From Phoronis australis (lineage: Eukaryota > Animalia > Phoronida): a stretch of DNA of 64,000 bases. Both the position numbers and the translations under genes were made by a program. The DNA lies in contig NMRA01000001.1 in the NCBI GenBank assembly GCA_002633005.1, positions 2,587,695-2,651,694 of the forward strand, given 5' to 3'. Positions within the stretch are counted from its first letter, which is position 1; every line of letters starts with the position of its first letter. Positions 1 through 14,100 of this stretch are shown piece after piece. Below the pieces are notes generated by a model that saw only the letters and a program-made list of their open reading frames with translations, had not been told where the DNA came from and did no database searches.

Positions 1-2156
1 TGAAATGGTTTCTGGTTTAGGACACTGGTACATACAAACTACTGTAGTAGTCACTTAGCTCTGCATTTTGATGGCCACTTTTCTCTACTGAACAACGGAC
101 ATGCAAATTGTTCTAAAAATCATGTACCCCTGTATTAAAGTGACTATTCACACAAGTCGGACCCACAACAGTTGGATTTTCACAAAACTGACCAATTTTC
201 CCAGTACAGTTATTCCAGTATGTGCAATCACTTGTTCAGTCACGTAAAGTCTGATTTTGTCTGACCTATATCGAACTGGATCCGACTTGCGCAAGTTTTT
301 TTGGAGAAGAATTACTCGCAAGTCATCAAATACTCGTCCTAAACTAATTTTAGATTCGAAGGGAGCTTATTTCAAAATGGCACTTTACATGGAATAAATG
401 AAAATGCCCTGATGAGAAATATAGGCCTGCAACTGTGTTACGAGTAATTAACTTCTACACCACCCCAATTCAAAATATCGAGAGACTTGTTAAATGTTTC
501 AATTACAACAAAACAGAAATGCAATGAATAAACGCTGTAAATAATTCAAAAAGAGGCATTCATAGAGATTATTAAAAATATGTCACTTTGACTTATTCCA
601 ATTACTCGGCAGAACTTTTAAAAAAGCAAAAAGTCCTTTACCTACTAAATGTACAAACAGAAATACAATCTTATCCTGAGTTCATCCTTGATAACATTAC
701 TACAGCTACTCGCGTTAAAACAAGTCAAGGTGTTGGAGGTAGATTATGTCAAAAACTAAATACATGACAGTGTCGTCCCGCAATAAGCTACTCTGAGCTG
801 TGAAGGAGTAAAACAAAAGTCACGGTAGTGGAACCCCTGTCAATGCTGGGCACATTTTCAATATAGGAAAGAAAAACCCCATTCATGAGTACTTATGTAT
901 CCTTTCCATGAATGCCTTTATTGCAATAAGAAATGGAAAATTTCTGCTTTTAAAGGCACGTTTTGTGGATTAATACAGTGAAAGACAGTATAACCATTGC
1001 AGCAGTAACGAGCTGTGAGACTGTCAGCATAGTGCCAAGGGAAAAGGAGATAGTGCTGATAAAACGCAAGCACTGAAAAAAGGAATATGCATCAATTTCA
1101 TATTGTGTCAAATGTTTAGTCAATGAATCAAACGCCGCTTCATTGACAAAAGGCTTTCCATGCTCGGTTTTCTATTGCCATCAACATATCTCCATTGTTC
1201 ACATGCAATATAGCGGGACAAAAACCATGGACTGTTTCATAAAAGTAACACGCTTCATAATAAATGTAATACATTTGCTTCAGGTTAGAATAATTGTTCA
1301 TGTCATGCGATAAAGTAAAGCAGGGACGAGGCAAATTTCATGAAAAGGAACCGATATAACCCTCCAAACCACAACCCTTCACACATTGCTTTGTCAACAT
1401 CAACTTGCACTACCTTATAAAAGACAATAGTACAGAAATTTCTTTCAATCTTTTTACATTGTGGAGAGACAAATACATGCAACATATAAACGCCAGTGCC
1501 ACTCTACAAAATAGGGCAATTCATTGGAAAGGAATACACTCAATGGGGACTTCATCTATCAAATTTCTTCCTCCATTAGCAGTGCTGCTGTCATTACAAA
1601 ATGTATGGAGTAACCGGGTTTATAAATAATTTACATTTTACGTTGCTAGCTTTAACTTCAGCATGATGACACGTCTGGAGAGTTTTCACGCAGAAGATTT
1701 GCTTATCCAGTACGGATTAATTCAAGGTACTTTGAGGTCCCAGTTCTTTGTTTTTGTATGATAGTTGTTAAGTCGTACATGAACAAGCACCAAACAGCAT
1801 AATGCAGTGGATCTGCATGCTTTCACTTCTGGTGAGATCAAGTGACCTATTACCACTCCATCATATTTTTTACATGTCACCAAGTAATCTGTATATCACA
1901 GACTGTTTACGAGCATACAACCATCCTGCCTTGCATTTGAAAGATGACGGCAAAAATGCCAATAGAGGAAGTTCTGCAGGAGATGAAATCTACCAAATTA
2001 ATAGCAGAAGAAAAACTGACGTCTCACTCGCCACGAAATGAGAAAGCAGAAAAAAATGCAAATTTTAGCATATTATCACAAAACCGCTAGTCTGTCGTCT
2101 TTCCCTATTCTTCACTGTGTTCCAGACACCGCCAGTCCGTTAGCAGTAGGCAAAAA

Positions 2157-5100
2157 TTACGACTTCTCAGACGCTAAGCCCACCATCTCCATACTGACAT
2201 CCCAGAGCTTCTTTTGAATGCTTTTATCTTGAGCACTTGGAGAAACTTTACTTTCCCTGCAGTCACTGGAAACAAAAAGTACTAATTATGATCGCACTTT
2301 CCATTTAAAATAACATTGCAACAAGGCACATAAACCTTATGGCACTGGCATTTGCTGTATTTCAGACCTTTGCCTCTGGTCAAGCTTGTTGATAGGGTAA
2401 CACATCTGACTCGATTTGTTGACTAACTCAATGCACTGGTCCATGTAAGGCAATCTTTTTTTTTCAAAAAAGACCTTCTTATTTAGAGTCAAAGTGGACA
2501 GAACGGTTCCGTGTTTATTCCACTTTAGGCCATAACAAATTTATACCTGGTCCCAAACATGNNNNNNNNNNNNNNNNNNNNNNNNNNNNNNNNNNNNNNN
2601 NNNNNNNNNNNNNNNNNNNNNNNNNNNNNNNNNNNNNNNNNNNNNNNNNNNNNNNNNNNNNNNNNNNNNNNNNNNNNNNNNNNNNNNNNNNNNNNNNNNN
2701 NNNNNNNNNNNNNNNNNNNNNNNNNNNNNNNNNNNNNNNNNNNNNNNNNNNNNNNNNNNNNNNNNNNNNNNNNNNNNNNNNNNNNNNNNNNNNNNNNNNN
2801 NNNNNNNNNNNNNNNNNNNNNNNNNNNNNNNNNNNNNNNNNNNNNNNNNNNNNNNNNNNNNNNNNNNNNNNNNNNNNNNNNNNNNNNNNNNNNNNNNNNN
2901 NNNNNNNNNNNNNNNNNNNNNNNNNNNNNNNNNNNNNNNNNNNNNNNNNNNNNNNNNNNNNNNNNNNNNNNNNNNNNNNNNNNNNNNNNNNNNNNNNNNC
3001 CCCCCTTGTGATATCCTAGATCCGCCACTGATTTATGCGAGAATATGGACTCGTCCCTCTTATACCCCCATCTTTCTCCATTAACCCCTTGTGTAGATTC
3101 GCATGCGGTCCTCCTGCACTCAAGGCACTAGGACATTCCATTTCCAGCCTCACTATTGGTTCGTTTGTATTACTGCCACGAGTTTGGTCAGCTCCTGGCT
3201 CCCATAGGCTGATGATTGTCACGTGTCATAAGGCTCCTTTGTTCTCAAGAAAGTTATATTTCCTGCCATCTGTACTACGCTTTGCAGCACTTAGGTTCGA
3301 GCTAATCTCTTCTTTTTCCCACCCTCTACCACCCTCTACTTTGGGTAGTTCCTCTTACCTGAGTGCTGGTGCTTTTTATTGCCCATCTTTCCAGAGATTA
3401 TTATTTTATCTTTATGTTATTTGTACACTCATATTTCTTTACCTTATCAGTCATAATAAATGACCTTATATTCGCCTATACACGGTCTCCTTTGTATCTC
3501 TGGAAACAGAGCTTGTGACGCACCTATTATTTTCGGGACATATTCCGAGCATAAAGTACTAATTATGATCGCACTTTCCATTTAAAATAACATTGCAACA
3601 AGGCACATAAACCTTATGGCACTGGCATTTGCTGTATTTCAGACCTTTGCCTCTGGTCAAGCTTTTTGATAAGGTAACACATCTGACTCGATTTGTTGAC
3701 TAACTCAATGCACTGGTCCATGTAAGGCAATCTTTTTTTTTCAAAAAAGACCTTCTTATTTAGAGTCAAAGTGGACAGAACGGTTCCGTGTTTATTCCAC
3801 TTTAGGCCATAACAAATTTATACCTGGTCCCAAACATGTTTACAGAGTTACGCTTTTATTTCCTATGTTTTTAGTACTTTCTTAATTGGTTCAATTTTTG
3901 TCACGCGGAATATTCCGCACAAATTGCAGAATATTACCCGCTTGCGGAATATTAAGTAGATTTTGAGGAACATTACACAAATTTTGCGTTATATTGTACA
4001 CGTGCGGAATATTATGTATATTTTGTGGAATTTCCAGTATTTGCAATAAATATAAAACTGACAAACTACTGGTCCACTTTACGCGGAAATTCCACAAAAT
4101 AAGCAATAATATTCTGCATGTGCACAATATAATGCAAAATTTGTGGAATATTAATTACGCACTTGTGTATATGTCATGCACTTGCAGAATATTTCGCAAA
4201 ACTACGCGCATGTTGACTGTAATTAGTTGTGTTGGCACAATAGCTGTGTACATCTGCTACTGTAAAGTCTCACTAATTTATGACACAACATGGCTGACTA
4301 GTGAAATTTTGTTTTGTCATTTTTCCAAGAAACTATACACCAAATTATCAGATTTTCCATGTTCAAGTTCAGTACCACTACTACCATCAAACAAAGTCTT
4401 GAAAATTTGTTGGCATTCACAACAAGGTTAGAATTAGCCCTTAAAATATAAGCGAATTTTTGGCAATTATTTTTTGTGTGAATTTGGTGAGACCTTACCG
4501 TGCCCATTATGTGGAAGTCTCAGGCCCCCAGTGTACAAACTTGAGGGCAACGCTCAGTTGCACTTGACAATGACCTTATAAGTTCAAAAATGCAACCCAA
4601 GTTTCAAAAGGATGATTTACAATGTTGTTGATAAAACCATAGATTTTAGCTGCCACCAAGGGAGGCACATCCTTAACACGATCTGTCAAAAAATAGACAA
4701 GTGCCTCCCCAGTTGTTCACAAGAGCATGAAAAATTTAATGGAATTCCATCACTTTGAGGAAGACACAAAGAAAACTGAATTGCCACTAGGGGAGCATCA
4801 CAGCAGTCCAATTCATCTGATAGATGTCAGTCCAGCTTTCCTTAATAGAAACTCATTTAATTCCAACCCTTCAAAAAGTTTGCATTATAGAGAAGTGGAC
4901 GTTAAAATGGACAACAATAAGTTCGAAGGCATTCAAAATGGCCAGGTGCCACCATCTCCTTTAAAGAAATTCAATACTTCACGAAGTCGCCATTATGCTA
5001 TATAAAACGATCGAGTTGCTGTGTCCAAACAATACAAATGGTTCTGTGCATGTTTGGAATGCACGCGCTTGTTAAAACTGATGTTAACACAATTAAAGCT

Positions 5101-8100
5101 TTTTGTCCTACACGCAGAAAGGTACTCGTTACCCTTTGGCGCTTAGCCACGTACTAAAGTGTGCAAAATAGATCCACCAAAGAACTTGGTGGTCATCAAC
5201 ACAGATGGAAAAAACAATAAGATTGGTCAACTTTTTTGAATATTTCATTGAAAAATCACGAAGTAGGAGGTGCATACTAGGCAGATGCTGTGGACGACCA
5301 GATGGACAGAAAGACAGACGGATATGACAGTACTCTGCACCCATGTGTGCATAACATGGGCTATGTCAGTATTCCCATAAAAACTGTCATCGTGGTGTTC
5401 TTCCCATACCCATCTTGCAAAGTGCTCTTAAGGTCTTCTACTTATGTCATAATAAATGACATTATTCTCAGTCCTCATCTTGCTTTACTCTCACTGCAAC
5501 AATGGTTTGTGGCGTATTCGGGCAAAATAGATTACGATAAAGAATACAACAGATAAAGTTCTGAGGAATTCTGTTTATTACGGCACTGAAATGCAAAATG
5601 AGACTTTCATGGTCAATTTGCATACATACCTAAAATATTTCCCACTGACGTTTTCTAATTCTTGTGCAACAGCTGTGTATATGGTGGTCTGCGCTCCTTG
5701 TTTAGGACTCTTGGTGAAAAACCAACCAATTGAGTAAGTTAAGAAGTGAAGAAGAGGATTGTGAAGCCAGGTAATATGCCTCCCAAGCTCGGTCCTCACA
5801 GCACCAGGGTGAAGTGTGTTGACTGTGACATGACTGCCTGGAAATGAGTACCATGCATACACTTCTTAGTCAGTTTCAAACAGGTGTAAGAGGTTATCTA
5901 GAATTTTACCAACAACAAAGTCTGTGAATTCAGCTAAAACATCAAGAAAACTACATAGAATTAAACTCGAAGACAAGTGAAAAGCTTGCGAAATTTGATT
6001 TTTGACTTTATACTAACCTGCAAAAGAATTGGCTCACATACGACCATGTCTTTTAAGCAAAATTTAGCAAAAAGACACTATATTAACAATCATAGCAAAA
6101 CAATCAGGTACCAATAACATGACAAAATTTTGTTTGATGTTCAACATGAAATCTCGAAAATGCTGTTACAAGTTTTTGAAGTTGCTACTAAACTGCTTTC
6201 CGTCAAAAACAACTTTTCAGCTAAACCACTTTGCCCTTTATACCAACTTGGTCTTTGCTCTCATTTAAGAGACATTATGCCCGGCCTTCTGAAAAGTGGT
6301 AGTTCGATACTGCTCGAGATCTGAGGCTCAAAAAAGTTGGCCTGTCCACAGTGTGTCAGTCTTGGGCAAAGCGCTACGAGCTCACGCACAACTAAACACT
6401 CAGTTCTTTTATTGCTAACACATCACTCCTCGTCAGAGAGGGACCAAATCAGATAAAAGTTCTTTTTGATAGACAATTAAAGGGTGGGTTTATTGTCCAT
6501 TTTAAAATTTAATCATTGTTTAATGTAACTTTTAATTTTTTATTTTTGATAGCCCTTCAATTTAAAAATAATTCCTATAACACCATCATCTCAGTAAAAT
6601 TGAACATAAAACTAACACTGTAACATATTGTTGTTAGGCCTTCAAAAGATACTAATTACAGGTAANGTTAAAGTGGACATCAAAGAAGTCCGAAAACCAT
6701 CCAAAATGGCCAGGTGCCACCATCTCCTTAAAGAAATTCAATACTTCACGAAGTCGCCATTATGCTATAAAACGAGTTGCTGTGTCCAAACAATACAAAT
6801 GGTTCTGTGCATGTTTGGAACACACGCGCATGTTAAAACCGATGTTAAAACAAAGCTTTTTGTCCTACACGCAGAAAGGTACTCCTTTAATAATTAACCC
6901 TTTGGTGCTTAGCCACGTTCTAAAGTGTGCAAAATAGATCCACCAAAGAACTTGGTGGTCATCAACACAGATGGAAAAACAATAAGATTGGTCAACTGTT
7001 TTTGAATATTTCATAAAGAAAAATCACAGGGGGTACATACTAGGCAGATGCTGTGGACGACCAGATGGACAGAAATACAGTACTCTGCACCCATGTGTGC
7101 ATAAGATGGGCTATGTCAGTATTCCAATAAAAACTGTCATCATGGTGTTTTTTCCCATACCCATTTTGCAAAGTGTTCATAAGTTCTTCTACTTATTGTG
7201 TCATAATAAATGACATTATTTTCAGTCCTCATCTTGTTTTACACTCACTGCAACATGGTTTGTGGCGTATCCAGGCAAAATAGATTACGATAAAGAATAC
7301 AACAGATAAAGTTCTGAGGAATTCTGTTTATTACGGCACTGAAATGCAAAATGAGACTTTCATGGTCAATTTGCATACATACCTAAAGTATTTTCCACTG
7401 ACGTTTTCTAATTCTTGTGCAACAGCTGCGTATATGGTGGTCTGCGCTCCTTGTTTAGGACTCTTGGTGAAAAACCAACCAATTGAGTAAGTTAAGAAGT
7501 GAAGAAGAGGATTGTGAAGCCAGGTAATATGCCTCCCAAGCTCGGTCCTCACAGCACCAGGGTGAAGTGTGTTAACTGTGACATGACTGCCTGGAAATGA
7601 GTACAATGCATACACTTCTTAGTCAGTTTCAAACAGGTGTAAGAGGTTACCTAGAACTTTACCAACAACAAAGTCTGTGAGAAAGAAAACTATATAGAAT
7701 TAAACTCGAAGACAAGTGAAAAGCTTGCGAAATTTGATTTTTGACTTTATACTAACCTGCAAAAGAATTGGCTCACATGACCATGTCTTTTAAGCAAAAT
7801 TTAGCAAAGACACTATATTAACAATCATAGCAAAACAATCAGGTACCAATAACATGACAAAATTTTGTTTGATGTTCAACATGAAATCTCGAAAATGCTG
7901 TTACAAGTTTTTGAAGTTGCTACTAAACTGCTTTCCGTCAAAAACAACTTTTCAGCTAAACCACTTAGCCCTTTATACCAACTTGGTCTTTGCTCTCATT
8001 TAAGAGACATTATGCCCGGCCTTGGGAAAAGTGGTAGTTCGATACTGCTCGAGATCTGAGGCTCAAAAAAGTTGGCCTGTCCACAGTGTGTCGGTCTTGT

Positions 8101-11100
8101 GTAAAGCGCTATGAGCTCACGCACAACTAAACACTCAGTTCTTTTATTGCTAGCACATCACAGTCCTCGTCAGAGAGGGACCAAATCAGAAGTTCTTTTT
8201 GATAGACGATTAAAGGGTCGTGGGTTTGTTGTCCATTTTAAAATATAATTATTGTTTTATGTCACTTTTAATTTTTTTTTATTTTTGATAGCCCTTCAAT
8301 TTAAAAATAATTCCTATAACACCATCATCTCAGTAAAATTGAACATCAAACTAACACTGTAACATATTGTTGTTAGGCCTTCAAAAGATACTAATTACCG
8401 GTAAACATTATTTTGGTGATTTTAATGAATCCATGTTCTGTCACCTTCTAATGCACCAATGTCATCTCACTTTAGTAATACAAGCAGGATTCAACTAAAC
8501 TCGCACACTGTCTGTGTCAGAGTTTGAATATTATGGCTCTTGGTGGGTGGTCTTTCTCTAACAGTTGTGGTGAAACTCGCCTAAAGCGTAGGTCATGCTT
8601 GTCCATTTAGTAGACTTTGTAAGTAGTTTTCAAATTTTACTCCAAGTTTTTGACGGTTGTCGAGGGTTAGAGGGCATGATTTTGTTTCAGGGAATTGGAT
8701 GAGAAAGTCGTTTTTCATATATCTGTTAACATGCCAAAGTCAAGTTTGGTATCCTTTTAAGAAGATGACACCATGTTGGTGATGTCATTCATCTTCGTCA
8801 ATTTTAAGTTTAGAATACCAGTAACTATAACCTTCAAGCAGCACGGTCCTTGACTCAGATGCAAAAGCTCTTGGGATGAAGATTTGCAACGAGTGCTTCA
8901 TTTATTGAATAATGCTTTTGTATAGTCATGTGAAAATATAATTGCACCTCTGAGGATTTTTTGCTAAATTATTAGGCAAACGGAAGACATCAGGGTGCCA
9001 AAACTCATTTTTGGTGAATCTGTTTTACTCCGAGTATATGCTTCTTGCAGACGCCTATGAATATAGTTGTACAAGACCAAAAATCACCAATAACAATATA
9101 TAAACAAATCCCCTGTGTAGGTGTAGTTCTATTGATGTCCACGTTATGTACAAAAGGTATGACCAAAAAGACACCAAAGACAGTTTAGATGGAAACCCAG
9201 AAATAGGTTCAACATGATAAGCAGACCATAGATATACTGTTTGGTTTTACCACGGGTGACCATCTAAGAAGTCCTTTCTACATGCCAATCACTCTCATTT
9301 CCACAGTAGTCGAACGATCATGTGTGACAGGTAAAATCTAGATTCTAATTGAAAATGAAAAATAATGTTCCATTGTGGGAAAAGCAATAAGAATGGGACA
9401 GTAAAAACTTAATAATTATTTCAAATCCACCAATGCTAAAACAATGAAGTTCTTGTACCTTGCAAACGTTCACTCAATTCTTGCGTGAAGTACACATTGG
9501 CGAGTTTACTTCTACAATAAGCTTCATAAGTAACGTAACTTTTCTCGGAGTTGAGGTTGTCGAATTCTATCTTGCCATAGTGGTGCCCAAGTGAAGACAC
9601 ATTAATTATTCGACTTGGAGCAGATTCCTTAAGTTTATCCAGTATTAAATTTGTCAAAAGGAAGTGACCTGAAATTGAATGGAACCAGTGTTAAGATTAA
9701 ATCCAAATAATGAAACTAATTAAGTTAGATTGAGCTCAATTTTAGAAAAAAAAATCAACAGTTCCAAACAAAGACAAATTAAAGGACACCACCCCTTAAA
9801 TCTCCAACTGGACAATTGGTACAGTGGTATCAAAGCACTGCGTGAGTATGATGATCTCAGAAGCAAGTCAAAACTTGGCAAAGATCCTAACAGCATAGAC
9901 AGAAATGGTTGATTGGATTCAAGGGAAAGTTTCAGATAATTTCATCAATGTTTTCCAACAAGAGCAACGCAGAGCGTTGAAATGCACCCACGAATGCACC
10001 GCAAATAAAGTGCTTCTAGAGTTGTTCATTTCTATCATAAAAATGGCCACTAGATGGTGCACAACATCTGAAAATGGTACATGCCACTGCTTCTTTAATA
10101 GAACGCTATTCACCAAATTTCATAAAAATCTATCAAGGAACTTCAGAGAAAAAAGGAAATTAAGCGGAAAAAATGAAATTCCCCCTAAAGGACACTGCGT
10201 CCGCCTCAAAGTTGTCGTCTATAGTTAGCTTCAAATAAATACAATAACTAAATTTAATAAAGATCCTGCAGTGGGTTTAGGAGACTACGGCTATGGCCGC
10301 AAAACAAAACCACCACTAGGAGGTGCCACAGTAACCAAAGTTGTCAGAGCGTACCCATCCTCTTCACACTGAGTTATATATACATGCCAATATTCAAAAT
10401 CATACCTTAGAATGGCTTGGTTGATAGAGGAGTGGATGTCAAAAAACGGACTCGAAAACAGTAAACATGACAACTACGTAGGTGGCGCAAAATACCTCAA
10501 ATTCATTTGAAAATGGGAGGATCGCGTAACCGCAACAATACATGCCATTCCAAATTTTATGAAACTCCGTTGAGGACTTTTAAATATAGAGAGGTAAACA
10601 AAAGTAAAATTGGCACTAGGGGGGACACTGGTGGTCAGATACGTGCGAAAGTCGTCGTCGTTCATAGCCAAAACCATATAAAAACACTTGCTATAAATTT
10701 AGTAAAGGTCCTGCAAATTAACTGTTTAGGAGATAGATCGAGCCATGGGCGCAAGAAACAAAAATGCCACTAGGAGGTGCCACAGTAGTCCAAGTCGTCA
10801 GAAAATCATTGTCAGCCATTCTCTTCATAGTTAGAACATACATGTCAATTTTCACAATCATCGATCCTTAGAGCGGTTTTGTTGATAAAGGGGTGGATGC
10901 CAAAAAACAGACTCAAAAACAGTAAAAATGGCCACAAGGTGGTGCAAACTACGTTAAATCCATCTGAAAACGAGAGGATAGTTTCACCTCACTACGTTGA
11001 AGTCTTCCGAAGATACAGAGGTAAGTGTAAAAAACTAAAATTACCACTAGGGGGGCGCACTACTTAGTTCCATCCGTGCTACAGTTGTCACTGTTCGTTG

Positions 11101-14100
11101 TCAACATCATACAAATACACAAGCTAAGTTTAGTAAAGATCCTGGATCCTGCAAACGATTTAGGAGATACAGCCATAGGCACAAAAAAACTTCCACTAGG
11201 AGGCACCACAGTAGTCGTAGTCGTCAGAAAATCATCATCAGCCATCCTCTTTACGGTAAGAACATACATGCCAATTTTCGCAATCATCCTTAGAGCCGTT
11301 TGGTTGGTAGAGGGGTGGACGCCAAAAAACAGACTCGAAAACAGTAAAAATGGCCACTAGGTGGCGCAAACTACGTTGAATCCATCCGAAAGCAAGAGAA
11401 TAGTTTTATCTCACTAATAGATGCCTATATTCCAGATTTTATGAAACTACGTTGAGGACTTCCGAAGATACAGAGGTAAGCGTAAAATATAATTGCCACT
11501 AGGAGGCACACCGGTAGTCGGAGATGTCCGAAATTCGTAGCGATCTGTCGTCAGCTTCATAACTATTAAATCTCATCAAGATCCTGTGAGGGGTTTAGGA
11601 AATACAGCTGCGAACACGGGACGCCCCGACAGACAGAGATGACGGCAACATGCGACCACATATAAATATGTGGGCGCATAAAAAAGCTAGTGTTCTACCT
11701 TTGCATAAGGTATACTAAAAATGTGAATTTCATCATTGCTACATCAAACCTATGAACCAACTGCAGATCAAAACAAATCAAAAAACAGGGCAAACTACAG
11801 AATTCTTGACCATCCGCAAGAATGTACAAATATTACTGCTATTAAATCACTTGTCCAAATCTGACTAACACTATGCTGCCTCTTTCATTGATTTCCCAAC
11901 TGCCAACATAATCAGATCTATACAATATCCATACAGCTCCAAATCCTACCTAAGTGATTGACAGCAAAGTGACTTTCATACCCATCTTCAGTCAGTGTGA
12001 ATGGGCAAAACATAAGTCCTGCATTGTTGATCAATACGTGAATGGATTTCTCTTCTGAAAAGACACCAACAGACTCAGCATGGTAGCACGGAGGGCAGTG
12101 CATGCAGAACATGATCTAGTGTAAGACTTTCATTGTAACATTCTGGTATAGAACATATCAAGTATATATTTTTGTGTCAACACTTAATTGGGTCTGAACT
12201 ACAATGCAAGCATGTAAAAACCCGGGGTAACCTCCCACAGTGAGAGACATACAGTATGTGTCTCAGAAGGGTGACTTTTAATCAAGACGAATTCTTCTAC
12301 AAAAGGGTACTTTTTCTGGCAAATTTCCCTTGAAATGGTCACATTTTAAGACAAAATTCACCGAAAAGGGTTCTCTTTTGGAATTTGAAACTATTTACAG
12401 GTTCTTTTTCCACCTGGTCATAAAGGGTAACTTTTTACAGAAATTCCCAATAAATATAGGTTCCCTTTTTTCTAGTCCACTGTCTAAATGTATCCAAATT
12501 TTCCAGGGGCATCCCCCAGTAGATGAACGATACAGGAAGCTAATTACAAAACCAAACAAGAAATGAGACATTATCAATGAACAAGAAAATTCTCAGAAAA
12601 CAGTCTGAATTACAAGATATTCCAGTACCTTATCACATGCATGTATCATATCCTATGGTCAAGAATTACAGGATATTGAAGTATCCTGTGGTCAAACGTG
12701 ATAAGAATGACACTAGGATATTGCACTCAACAATGTAGGACACAGTTTGGTGGAAAAGTCCAATTCCACTTTCTTCATTTTTAAGAAAAGTGAAAAGTAG
12801 CATCAAAATAATGCCATGTAACTTGAAAAAATTTACGCATTTACAACAACTTTAAAAACATTCGAAAATAATAAAAGGCAATGCTTACAATATATTGACA
12901 GCGACTACCAAACAAAAAGTGATGAAAATCATCCGCAAATTAACCACAAAATACATGTAGGTCTACAAGAAACAAGAAACAAAAATGTACTAATAATCAA
13001 TATTGTTGCAAACATTTTTAAGTCTGGTCATTACATAATATTTATACATTCAAAAATTTGCCAAAATTAAAGGTCGGGTTTTAAAAAATATGTAGGCAAC
13101 AGAATATCCCTTCCTGATGCTGATTAGATTCTCACTGGAATATCATTGGAATGCAGTGAGATACTTACTTTCAAGATGAGAATTCTTCTAACTTTTTTGT
13201 ATGTGAGGCTATACGAACAGTTTGGGCAGAGTAAAGTTGCCCAAGCCGAATGATTTATATGACCACTGCATGCTTCTTTCTTCCGATTTCTTCATTGGCA
13301 TGTTTTTCGTACATACTAACTTTGCTTACATGGTCAGGGGCTTGTGTTTCTTTCATAGCAATAGGTCAGCTCGTTTCCAAATCTCACAATGTCCATCGCT
13401 CAGCGGCTTCAAAGCGATATTGCTCGCAAGTCATCGTATTGTGTTTTAGTCAATCAAATTAAAGCCATATCAGCGATTGTGTAATAAACAATCGACTCAC
13501 ATTAATTGGGCAATATACAGCTTCTCAGTTCTAAAATGGAAACTAATATTTTGGCTCAGTAAAACAACTCATGTGATGCGGTAAACTATGTTTATTATTA
13601 TAATTATTGTTTTTACCCTTAATCACCTCCTCGGCAAACTGACGAACAGATTTCAAAGAAGCTAGATCCAGTTTCTTTAGCACCAGGTCACAGGAACCGC
13701 CGAGAGTTTTGGATATCTCGTCAGCTGCACTCTGTGCCTTTTCCATATCTCTGCAGGCCATAATGATACGGCCACCTGCAATTAGATGAACAAGGATTTG
13801 CAGCCATGCGATTAACATCTGCTTTTTATGTCCAATCAGCCTGAAGACTAGTTCCTAATTTAACTGAAAAGCTGCAAAAACATTCAGTTACACCGTGTTT
13901 GACCAAATGCAAAAGCATAATTTTACGAGACTGCAAACACCGTGGTGGGGTGATGAATTGGTGATTCAACAGTTACGTCAAAAATAACTATATTTAAAGA
14001 ATCTCAAATTGCATGTAGGCTACAATACAGGCTGCTATATGCCCCTCTGTTACATCCATCATATATAAAATAATTGTTACACATTGTTATTAAGAATGAC

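Noticed and set aside
2525-3028. Long poly-X ORFs
   Set aside because: Artefacts of the N gap.
3016-3463. ORFs of 68 and 142 aa next to the gap
   Set aside because: No transposase, gag or RT motif recognised; they lie in an LTR-like non-coding segment.
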